From Eubacteriales bacterium (lineage in GTDB: Bacteria; Bacillota; Clostridia; Oscillospirales; CAG-272), in NCBI GenBank assembly GCA_045655565.1, contig JAZOPN010000041.1:1-63936 (forward strand): a stretch of 63,936 nt of DNA, given 5' to 3'. Of this stretch, positions 1-7,970 are shown one piece after another (position 1 is the stretch's first letter; every line of letters begins with the position of its first letter). A model generated the notes under the pieces. That model was not told the DNA's origin, searched no databases, and saw nothing but the letters and a program-made list of their open reading frames with translations. The position numbers were made by a program, and so were the translations under genes.

Positions 1-1
1 C

Positions 2-63
2 AAAAAAAAGAGAGGACATTTAGCGTGTTATCCTTAACGGAGAACACGCTAAATGTCCTCTCT
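2..63 (-). terminator. intrinsic terminator (21-bp perfect stem, T8 tail on minus strand)
   Basis: Arms 9-29 (agagaggacatttagcgtgtt) and 43-63 are perfect reverse complements with a 13-nt loop. A8 at 2-9 gives a U8 tail on the minus strand, downstream of the nitroreductase gene. Confidence 0.75.
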
Positions 64-236
64 TTCTGCTTGCATAGAGTTCCCCGAAACGATCGCAGTC
101 GAGCTTTTGGGGTTCTCTTAATTGGGGTTTATCCTAACCGTATTTTTATTTTACCGGTTACATGAGATGCTCGCACATACCGGAATTTTCATTTTTCTCT
201 CTAAGGACAAGACCCGTTCACCGTACTTTCGTATTT

Positions 237-812
237 TCACTCAATTACAAGTTCGGATAGGGGGAGCTTCGGCACGATGTGGTGACCGTACTGATTTCTG
301 TAATACCTAAGGTCGCTGTCAGATCTAACATCCTCCCGAATAATAACCACCTCGTTATCATAGCCGATAGAGATAACCATTGACGGCATATAAGGATGCT
401 TGCCGAGTTTCTCACCTAGTTTCTGTCTATCAAAACTACGGAAGATACATCCACCAAGCCCTTCCTCTCTTGCAGTCATAAGCATTGCCTCTGCTGCGAC
501 TCCCATATCTATGCCAAGGTTGACATCCGGCTCGACATTAGTCATAACGACTATGTAAGCGTTGGGGCGCTCACCCTCCTTTGGCCCTGTCCAGTCGGGG
601 CGAAGGTGAGCCGCAAAGCTGATTTCCTCAAAGATGGCATTACATCCTTCCTTATCATTCACGAGCATAAAACGAAGTCTCTGCATATTTCCGGTAGAGG
701 GCACGAAGCGTGCAGCTTGAGCGATATAGGTGAGAGTCTCCATCGAAACAGGCTTATTCTCTTTGTATCTGCGAACCGAGCGAGTTTTAGCAATAAGATC
801 AAGAACATTCAT
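237..812 (-). CDS. nitroreductase family protein (FMN-dependent)
   Basis: 191-aa ORF. N-terminal 'TRSVRRY' motif and size are typical of the nitroreductase fold. AAGGAG about 10 nt upstream of the ATG. Confidence 0.8.
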   Translation of the reverse strand: MNVLDLIAKTRSVRRYKENKPVSMETLTYIAQAARFVPSTGNMQRLRFMLVNDKEGCNAIFEEISFAAHLRPDWTGPKEGERPNAYIVVMTNVEPDVNLGIDMGVAAEAMLMTAREEGLGGCIFRSFDRQKLGEKLGKHPYMPSMVISIGYDNEVVIIREDVRSDSDLRYYRNQYGHHIVPKLPLSELVIE

Positions 813-847
813 TTTGATTTTTCTCCTTACTTAAGCCTTAGAAATTA

Positions 848-875
848 TTGTTTATTAAACTAGTTTAATAAACAA
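848..875. repeat. 28-bp perfect AT-rich palindrome overlapping the obg stop codon
   Basis: TTGTTTATTAAACTAGTTTAATAAACAA. Arms 848-860 and 863-875 are exact reverse complements. It sits between obg and the nitroreductase gene. Confidence 0.9.
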
Positions 876-2148
876 AATCAAACTCAAAGTCATAGATATT
901 GACTGTGTCGCCCTCTTCGATACCAGCCTCGCGAAGCATATCAAACACTCCGTTTTTAGCAAGAACCCTCTGGAAGAAGTTAAGCGACTCGTAGTCGGAA
1001 AAGTTAATCTGCCCCATAAAGTTATAGAGCCACTCACCCTCTACGATATATTTGCCGTTTTCATTACGGACTGTGGTTTCCTTAGCACCTGCAGTATTCT
1101 CACGAGCAACCTCCTCGGGTATATACTCAGGCTCATATACCGTTAATGGAGGAAGCTCCTCGAGCTTAGCGATGGTCGTCGCGACAAGCTCCTCTAGGTT
1201 TTCGCCCGTATAAGCCGAGATGTAGACCACTTCCCTGCCAAGCTCCTGACATTTCGCCTCAAAACGCTCGATAATGCCACTCTCGCGGTCTACCGAGTCC
1301 ATTTTATTAGCCACCATAATCTGCGGTCTTGTAGCAAGCTCGGGCGAATATTTCATAAGTTCGGTATCAATCTTATCTATATCATCAAGTGGATCTCTAC
1401 CATCAGTACCTGCAATGTCGACTACATGAAGAAGCAGACGGCACCTATCGACATGGCGTAGGAATGCGTGGCCAAGACCCAGACCGTCCGAAGCACCCTC
1501 AATAAGTCCCGGTATATCGGCAGCAAGGAAGCCCTTGCCCTCACCGATGCTCACGACGCCGAGGTTTGGCGAGAGAGTTGTGAAGTGATAATTTGCAATC
1601 TTGGGCTTTGCGGATGATATCTCCGAGAGTATCGAGGACTTGCCGACATTCGGGAAGCCGATAAGTCCGACCTCGGCAAGCATTTTCAGCTCAAGAAGCA
1701 CCTCGCGTTCCTCACCCTTAGTGCCGGATTTAGCAAATCTCGGTATCTGCCTTGTGGGGGTTGCAAAATGACGGTTTCCCCAGCCACCTCTACCACCGCG
1801 GCACAGCACATATTCATCCGACTGTGCCATATCGTAGATAATTTTTCCGGTCTTTGGGTCTTTTATAAGCGTACCCGGCGGTACAAGAATAATTACATCC
1901 TCGCCATTTTTACCGTGCCTCTTACCGCCCTTACCGTTTTCGCCCGGCTCGGCAACAAATTTTCTCTTGTACCTGAACGCTAAAAGCGTGTTAGCTCCGG
2001 GGTCAACGCGGAATATAATACTACCGCCTCGACCGCCATCACCGCCATCGGGGCCACCCGCCGATACATACTTCTCGCGGTGGAAAGCAACGGCGCCATT
2101 ACCGCCATCACCTGCCTTGGCATATATTGTGATATTGTCTATAAACAA
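865..2148 (-). CDS. obg: GTPase Obg/CgtA
   Basis: N-terminal Gly-rich Obg fold (AGDGGNGAVAFHREKY...GGPDGGDGGRGG), G1 'GFPNVGKS', and a C-terminal Obg extension domain. TTG start with AGGAGG 8 nt upstream. Confidence 0.95.
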   Translation of the reverse strand: MFIDNITIYAKAGDGGNGAVAFHREKYVSAGGPDGGDGGRGGSIIFRVDPGANTLLAFRYKRKFVAEPGENGKGGKRHGKNGEDVIILVPPGTLIKDPKTGKIIYDMAQSDEYVLCRGGRGGWGNRHFATPTRQIPRFAKSGTKGEEREVLLELKMLAEVGLIGFPNVGKSSILSEISSAKPKIANYHFTTLSPNLGVVSIGEGKGFLAADIPGLIEGASDGLGLGHAFLRHVDRCRLLLHVVDIAGTDGRDPLDDIDKIDTELMKYSPELATRPQIMVANKMDSVDRESGIIERFEAKCQELGREVVYISAYTGENLEELVATTIAKLEELPPLTVYEPEYIPEEVARENTAGAKETTVRNENGKYIVEGEWLYNFMGQINFSDYESLNFFQRVLAKNGVFDMLREAGIEEGDTVNIYDFEFDFVY

Positions 2149-2178
2149 GGCATACGCCTCCTTTCATCGGGATAGGGC

Positions 2179-3519
2179 TTAATTGCCCATATTATAGTCA
2201 TCGCCCCTTTGACGAATGACAAGCTTTATCGGTGTACCCTCGAAGCCAAAGGTATCACGCAGACAGTTTTCAAGATATCTCTGATAAGAGAAATGGAATA
2301 ACTCCTCAGAGTTGCAGAAAATTACAAATGTGGGGGGCGCGACCGAGCTTTCGGTAATGTAGTAAATCTTGAGTCTCTTGCCCTTATCCGAGGGGGGCTG
2401 AACTCTTGTGGTAGCATCATTTAAGAGGTCGTTAAGCATACCCGTTGTGATGCGCTTATGCGACTCGGCATAAACCTTGTTAATGAGTTCATATATATGA
2501 GCGCAACGCTGACCTGTTAGTGCCGAAACATAGATTATTGGGGCGTAGGTCATATAGGCGAGGGCCGTGCGAATTTCCTTGTTGTAAGCGGAAACGGTGT
2601 TGTTGTCCTTATCGACCTTATCCCACTTATTGATTACGATAATTACAGCCTTGCCGGCCTCGTGTGCGATACCTGCGATTTTCTCATCCTGTTCGGTAAC
2701 GCCATCGACAGAATCAATCATGAGAAGACATACATCAGCACGCTCAACAGCCATCTTAGCACGAAGCACGCTAAACTTCTCTATTCTATCCTCAACCTTA
2801 GAGTGCCTGCGTATACCAGCGGTATCAATAAAGTTGTAAATACCATGCGAATTCTCGACACGGGTATCCACCGCGTCGCGTGTTGTGCCTGCAATCTCGG
2901 ATACAATGACGCGCTCTTCACCGCACATACGGTTGATGATAGAGGACTTACCCGCGTTAGGTTTTCCAATGACTGCAACATTGATAACGCCCTCATCCTC
3001 GCTGTCATCGTCAGAGAAATCACATTCATCTATAACAGCATCGAGCAGGTCACCCGTTCCCGAGCCGTGAAGCGAGGAGAGCGGTATTGGCTCTCTATCA
3101 AATCCAAGCTCATAGAACTCGTAAAACTCATAGGGTATCTCACCGACCTTATCAATCTTGTTCACTACAAGTACGATGGGTTTCCCCGACTTTTTCAGCA
3201 TTATTGCGATGTCTCTATCATCGGCAAGAAGTCCTGCGCGGATATCACACATAAAGACTATAACATTAGCCGAGGCAATAGCCATCTCTGCTTGATTACG
3301 CATCTGCTTCAGTATGGTATCATCGCTCTTTGGCTCGATACCGCCTGTATCAATCAAAATAAATCGGTGAGTACCCCACTCTGCCTCTGCATATATGCGG
3401 TCACGGGTTACTCCGGGTATATCCTCGACGATTGAGCGACGCTCACCGATCAATTTATTAAATAGTGTACTTTTGCCGACATTAGGTCTGCCGACAATAG
3501 CTACTATTGGTTTCGACAT
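2179..3519 (-). CDS. der: ribosome-associated GTPase Der/EngA (two G domains plus KH-like)
   Basis: Two P-loops, 'GRPNVGKS' and 'GKPNAGKS', with a typical EngA C-terminal domain. 446 aa. Confidence 0.95.
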   Translation of the reverse strand: MSKPIVAIVGRPNVGKSTLFNKLIGERRSIVEDIPGVTRDRIYAEAEWGTHRFILIDTGGIEPKSDDTILKQMRNQAEMAIASANVIVFMCDIRAGLLADDRDIAIMLKKSGKPIVLVVNKIDKVGEIPYEFYEFYELGFDREPIPLSSLHGSGTGDLLDAVIDECDFSDDDSEDEGVINVAVIGKPNAGKSSIINRMCGEERVIVSEIAGTTRDAVDTRVENSHGIYNFIDTAGIRRHSKVEDRIEKFSVLRAKMAVERADVCLLMIDSVDGVTEQDEKIAGIAHEAGKAVIIVINKWDKVDKDNNTVSAYNKEIRTALAYMTYAPIIYVSALTGQRCAHIYELINKVYAESHKRITTGMLNDLLNDATTRVQPPSDKGKRLKIYYITESSVAPPTFVIFCNSEELFHFSYQRYLENCLRDTFGFEGTPIKLVIRQRGDDYNMGN

Positions 3520-3547
3520 TTAATACACTTCCTTTCCTTATGGTCTA

Positions 3548-4861
3548 TTAGGTGACGCCAAAAATCGCCTCCAAAAACTCATATCCGTCACCGCCAACCG
3601 CGCGCACAGGGACGCCAAGTGCCTGCGACAGCTCACCCACGGTCATACCGCAGAGGAATACATCCTCATCCGAGCGCAGCGACGAGCGAGGTATTAACAC
3701 CTCGTCACCAAGTGGTGTGCCTGAGAGCTGCTCGAGCATATCCTTTCCTGTTAAAAGACCTGATACGGTTATACTCTCGCCGAAGAAATTATTGATAATT
3801 TTGCGAACATTAATGCGAATGTTCGGAAAACGGCTCATAAGCCTACGCGAGAGGCTCGTGAGCATTGGGTAGGCTGCAACTCCTGTTACAACCGTAACAC
3901 GCCTTACACCGGGTGTGCCGGGGTCAATCCCCTCGACTTCTTCATAAGCATATGCAAAGTCCTCGGTAAAGGAGCGAAGCATTCCCACGCCATTCTCTAT
4001 CTGCGGATAGCCGTCGTAATAGCTATCGTCGGGGATTTGGCGTTCCGCCTTTAGGTAAAATTCGTCGGCAACATAGAATAGACGCACACCAAAGCGGGAT
4101 ATGCACTTCTCTGCCAGCTCGTCCACCATATCAATGACAGCACCCGCCTCATCCTTTGTAAAGTCTGTTAAGGGATAAAGTCCATCGCGGTACTTTGTAA
4201 GGCCTGCGGGTACAATTGACACACTGCCGAGTGCCGGATAATACTCCATAAGATCGGTTATTGTGCGACGAAGCTCCTCCCCGTCATTAACGCCTAGACA
4301 CAGAACAATCTGCCCACACATAGAAAGGCCTGCATTCTTAAAGTCATCGAGGTATTTTAGCACTTCACCCGAGCGTTTATTCTTCATCATTTTGACACGA
4401 AGTTCCGGGTTGGTTGTATGGATGGATACATTTATCGGTGACATACGCATTTTAATTATTCGCGCGACATCGTTATCCGACATATTGGTTAGAGTGACAT
4501 AATTGCCGTGAATAAAGGACAGGCGAGAGTCGTCATCCTTAAAGTACAGAGTCTCGCGAAGCCCCTCGGGATTTTGGTCAATAAAGCAGAATATGCAACC
4601 ATTCTTGCAAGAGTGCTTTTTATCCATAAGCGGAGTTTCGAACTCAAGCCCGATATCGTCATATTCACCCTTTTTTATCTCTACCGAATACTTCCCCTCG
4701 CCGCGCATAAGTTCAAGGGTGATATGCCTCTCGGTGAGATAGAAGCGATAATCGAGCACATCGATAATCTCGTTACCCGAGATAGCGAGTAGGACATCCC
4801 CGGGAAGAATGCCTGCACGAGATGCGCGAGAATTCTTTTGAACACCGGTTATTTTAACCAT
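3548..4861 (-). CDS. PDZ domain / radical-SAM-like DUF512 protein
   Basis: N-terminal PDZ-like segment (GILPGDVLLAISGNEI), a Cys cluster 'CKNGCIFCF', and a long DUF512-type C-terminus. Its start overlaps the VanZ stop (ATGGTTAA). Sitting upstream of der is the usual position for this gene in Clostridia (from memory). Confidence 0.75.
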   Translation of the reverse strand: MVKITGVQKNSRASRAGILPGDVLLAISGNEIIDVLDYRFYLTERHITLELMRGEGKYSVEIKKGEYDDIGLEFETPLMDKKHSCKNGCIFCFIDQNPEGLRETLYFKDDDSRLSFIHGNYVTLTNMSDNDVARIIKMRMSPINVSIHTTNPELRVKMMKNKRSGEVLKYLDDFKNAGLSMCGQIVLCLGVNDGEELRRTITDLMEYYPALGSVSIVPAGLTKYRDGLYPLTDFTKDEAGAVIDMVDELAEKCISRFGVRLFYVADEFYLKAERQIPDDSYYDGYPQIENGVGMLRSFTEDFAYAYEEVEGIDPGTPGVRRVTVVTGVAAYPMLTSLSRRLMSRFPNIRINVRKIINNFFGESITVSGLLTGKDMLEQLSGTPLGDEVLIPRSSLRSDEDVFLCGMTVGELSQALGVPVRAVGGDGYEFLEAIFGVT

Positions 4862-5366
4862 CCTGTCCTCCCTCTCTACCCACTCTTGACGGTGGCAGAA
4901 TTTTTGTCTTTATAAAATATAAAAGCCCGAACACGCCATAGACTAACAGCGAAAACAGTATAAAACCACCTGCATCAACCCAGACATCGGATATAGCAGG
5001 GCCACGCTCCGAGATATACTGAAGCGTCTCGTCGATAAAACCGATAAAGAAGCCAAGCGCGCTTGCAAAAAGGGCGCATTTGACCCTCTTTTCAGTACAA
5101 ATGCAAATAAATAGTGCCACCTCTATACCGAGAAGTCCATACTCGGTAAAGTGAGCAATTTTACGCACATATTCCACGATAAATGCACCGAGGTCGGTGT
5201 CGGGTGGGAATATCGTAGATAGAATTCCACCAACTGCGTTACTATCCTCTAGCGACTCCTCGGGGGATTTCAGCGAATTCGCGAATATGAAAACTACTGT
5301 TGCAAGGATAAGTGCAATAAGTACCCATCTTGCCACCATCTTTACGGTGTGTGAATATGCGAACAT
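4854..5366 (-). CDS. VanZ family membrane protein
   Basis: 170 aa with 4-5 hydrophobic spans and a 'KIAHFTEYGLLG' VanZ-like motif. AAGGAG ribosome-binding site. Confidence 0.7.
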   Translation of the reverse strand: MFAYSHTVKMVARWVLIALILATVVFIFANSLKSPEESLEDSNAVGGILSTIFPPDTDLGAFIVEYVRKIAHFTEYGLLGIEVALFICICTEKRVKCALFASALGFFIGFIDETLQYISERGPAISDVWVDAGGFILFSLLVYGVFGLLYFIKTKILPPSRVGREGGQDG

Positions 5367-5385
5367 ATTACATCTCCTTATTTTT

Positions 5386-6162
5386 TTAATTACCGAGACG
5401 ATAAGTCTTTCTTATTGCCTCGAGCCTATCTGTATGTTCAAGCTCTGCAAGCCTGTACGGTGCGTTCTCTTGAAGAAACAGCAGTGCCTCGGGCGAGCCG
5501 TCCTTTGCGGCAACGAGCATAAGATCTTCAGCGAGGGTCCTATTCTCCTCAGTGCCGAGCCCGTCTATGTAGCAGAGCGCGAACAGATATTTCGACTGTG
5601 ACGCAAGCTCCTCAACATAGTCAGAGTTGTGCCTGGCGGCACGACTAAACCAATGGAAAGCTGTGCGCGGGTCAAATCTTACCGCGCGAATTCGCGCCTC
5701 CTCATCCTCCTCGAGGTCCGGCACCTCACCAGAGAGCCGATAGACTGTATCTCTTGCGATTTGGGCGTGATACGGTATAAGCGAGATGCCTATGATATCC
5801 GGCTCAAAGAGTGTACCCATAGTATGCGCTACGGCAAGATAGAGTTGCGCCTCTATAATATCAGCGTTCGCAGCATCATACATTGCCGAATACGCTTTTC
5901 TATAATCGGTATCGCCACCCTCACCGTGAAGATACATTATGGCGAGGTTGTAGTTTGCCTCGCCTATTAGTTCTTTTGCGTAGTTATAGAACCTACGGGC
6001 AAGAACTGGATTTTTCTCGGTGCCATAGCCATATTGCAGGCAATATCCATAGTGGAATGCCGCCTCTGCGTCGCCATCACGCGAACACTTATAAAACATA
6101 TTACAAGCCTCGGTGTGCTTCCCATCGAGAAACAGAACCTTAGCGGTTTTTACATCCGGCAC
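5386..6162 (-). CDS. Sel1/TPR-like repeat protein
   Basis: Recurrent about 36-aa units of the form 'A.F.YGYCL.YG.G...N...A..FY..AA' (Sel1 pattern). GTG start with GGAGG 6 nt upstream. Confidence 0.7.
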   Translation of the reverse strand: MPDVKTAKVLFLDGKHTEACNMFYKCSRDGDAEAAFHYGYCLQYGYGTEKNPVLARRFYNYAKELIGEANYNLAIMYLHGEGGDTDYRKAYSAMYDAANADIIEAQLYLAVAHTMGTLFEPDIIGISLIPYHAQIARDTVYRLSGEVPDLEEDEEARIRAVRFDPRTAFHWFSRAARHNSDYVEELASQSKYLFALCYIDGLGTEENRTLAEDLMLVAAKDGSPEALLFLQENAPYRLAELEHTDRLEAIRKTYRLGN

Positions 6163-6212
6163 TTTACACCTCCGAAAAACAAGTGCTTTATGGGACGGTT
6201 GCCCCCACTTAT

Positions 6213-7655
6213 TTAATTGATAGTGAACTTAGTTCCCTCTCTGGTATCAAGAAGTGAGACACCGCGGGAGAGCAGTTCATCCCTTATGCGATCTGCCTCG
6301 GCAAAATTCTTGGCGCGCTTAGCCTCGCGGCGAGCCTCTATCATAGACTTGATATAAGAAAGAAGCTCGGGGTCGACGCCCTCGTACTCCTTAGCCTCAG
6401 CCTCTGCTCTTTTCTTATTCTCTGCCTCTCGCGCCTCGATAAGACCGAGCGAAAGAACTCGGTCAAAGTCACGAATAAGCTCGAGCTTGGTCGCGTCATT
6501 TGTCGAGAGCTTGAACACATCATAGAGTGCTGTTACAGCAAGAGATGTGTTGAGGTCGTTATCAAGTGCGTCGGTAAAGCGGCGCTTACCCGCAAGGAAT
6601 GCCACCTCGTCAATTACATCGCCCTCGTTAACCTTGAGTTGTGCTATTCTGCCGATGAGTTTATCATATGCAATTCTTGCATTATCAAGGTTTTCCCAAG
6701 AGAACACAAGGTTCTTCCTGTAATGCGACTGCAGGCAGAAGAAACGATATACAAGGGGGTTATATCCGCGCTCCTCAAGAAGCGAAACCGTAAGGAACTC
6801 ACCCTTGGACTTAGACATCTTACCGGAATTGGTGTTGAGGTGATGGACATGGAACCAATACTTGCACCACTCGTGGCCAAAGGTGGACTCGCTCTGTGCA
6901 ATCTCGTTGGTATGGTGGGGGAATGCGTTGTCAATACCACCGCAATGGATATCGAGGTATTCGCCGAGGTGCTTGCGAGCGATGCAGGAGCACTCGATGT
7001 GCCAGCCGGGATAGCCGACGCCCCAAGGGGAGTCCCACTTAAGCTCCTGGTCATCGAACTTGGACTTGGTAAACCAGAGAACAAAATCTGCCTTGTTTCT
7101 CTTATTGCCGTCCTCCTCTACGCTATCGCGAACGCCAACGGCGAGGTCCTCCTCGTTGAAATCGTTAAAGATATAATATTTATCGAGCTTCGATGTGTCG
7201 AAGTAGATGTTCCCGCCGGCCTCGTATGCGAAGCCCTTTTCAAGCAGGGTGCTGACCATATCGATGAATTCGGGAATGCAGTTGGTCGCAGGCTCTACGA
7301 CATTAGGAATTCTGATATTGAGTTTATCGCAATCGCGGAAGAATGCCTCGGTGTAAAACTGCGCTATCTGCATAACCGTCTTGTGCTCACGCTTAGCACC
7401 CTTTAGCATCTTATCCTCGCCTGTGTCACCGTCGCTGGACAAATGTCCTACATCGGTTATATTCATAACACGGTTAACCTCATATCCGAGATAGCAGAGA
7501 TATTTCTCGAGAATATCCTCCATGCAATAGGTGCGCAGGTTACCTATATGGGCAAAGTGATAGACGGTAGGCCCGCAGGTGTAAATCGAAACCTTACCCT
7601 CCTCACGCGGTACAAATAATTCTCTTGTTCTTGATGCAGAATTGTATAAATACAT
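6213..7655 (-). CDS. cysS: cysteine--tRNA ligase
   Basis: Class I signatures 'HIGN' (FAHIGNLRTY) and 'KMSKS', 480 aa, with an end-to-end CysRS-like sequence. Confidence 0.95.
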   Translation of the reverse strand: MYLYNSASRTRELFVPREEGKVSIYTCGPTVYHFAHIGNLRTYCMEDILEKYLCYLGYEVNRVMNITDVGHLSSDGDTGEDKMLKGAKREHKTVMQIAQFYTEAFFRDCDKLNIRIPNVVEPATNCIPEFIDMVSTLLEKGFAYEAGGNIYFDTSKLDKYYIFNDFNEEDLAVGVRDSVEEDGNKRNKADFVLWFTKSKFDDQELKWDSPWGVGYPGWHIECSCIARKHLGEYLDIHCGGIDNAFPHHTNEIAQSESTFGHEWCKYWFHVHHLNTNSGKMSKSKGEFLTVSLLEERGYNPLVYRFFCLQSHYRKNLVFSWENLDNARIAYDKLIGRIAQLKVNEGDVIDEVAFLAGKRRFTDALDNDLNTSLAVTALYDVFKLSTNDATKLELIRDFDRVLSLGLIEAREAENKKRAEAEAKEYEGVDPELLSYIKSMIEARREAKRAKNFAEADRIRDELLSRGVSLLDTREGTKFTIN

Positions 7656-7846
7656 ATAGTCCTCCCTCTATGCCAAGGGCATCTCGCAAATGGCAATAGT
7701 ATGGCATTATAATTTTATGCTTTTAATATTTTAACAAACAGCAGGGTGTTTGTCAAGGTTTTTCGAGCAAATTCACTTAATTTTTATTATTTATATAATC
7801 AGCCATATAACAAAAAAATTAATTAAAATATTTTTTATCAATTTCC

Positions 7847-7875
7847 TTGCATTTCAAGTTATAATTTGGTATCAT
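7847..7875 (+). promoter_or_regulatory. candidate sigma-A promoter for ftsK
   Basis: TTGCAT (7847-7852), 17-bp spacer, TATCAT (7870-7875), in the AT-rich divergent cysS/ftsK spacer. Confidence 0.4.
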
Positions 7876-7970
7876 ATAGATTGGAATTTAATGCGATATT
7901 CTACAAGTGGTATATGACATGCTATACCCGATCCGGTTAGTCGCAAATATAATAGAGGGGCTTGTGTTAA

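Noticed and set aside
2662-3435. 257-aa plus-strand ORF
   Set aside because: It is antisense to der, which carries unambiguous double G-domain motifs.
6639-7406. 255-aa plus-strand ORF (also 6644-7084 on the minus strand in another frame)
   Set aside because: Both lie inside cysS, antisense or out of frame. CysRS motifs (HIGH, KMSKS) fix the real frame.
7656-7970. Possible T-box leader upstream of cysS
   Set aside because: I found no T-box sequence (AATTAGGGTGGTACCGCG-like), no specifier-loop/terminator-antiterminator architecture, and no long GC-rich stems. The 315-bp spacer is simply AT-rich and holds divergent promoters.
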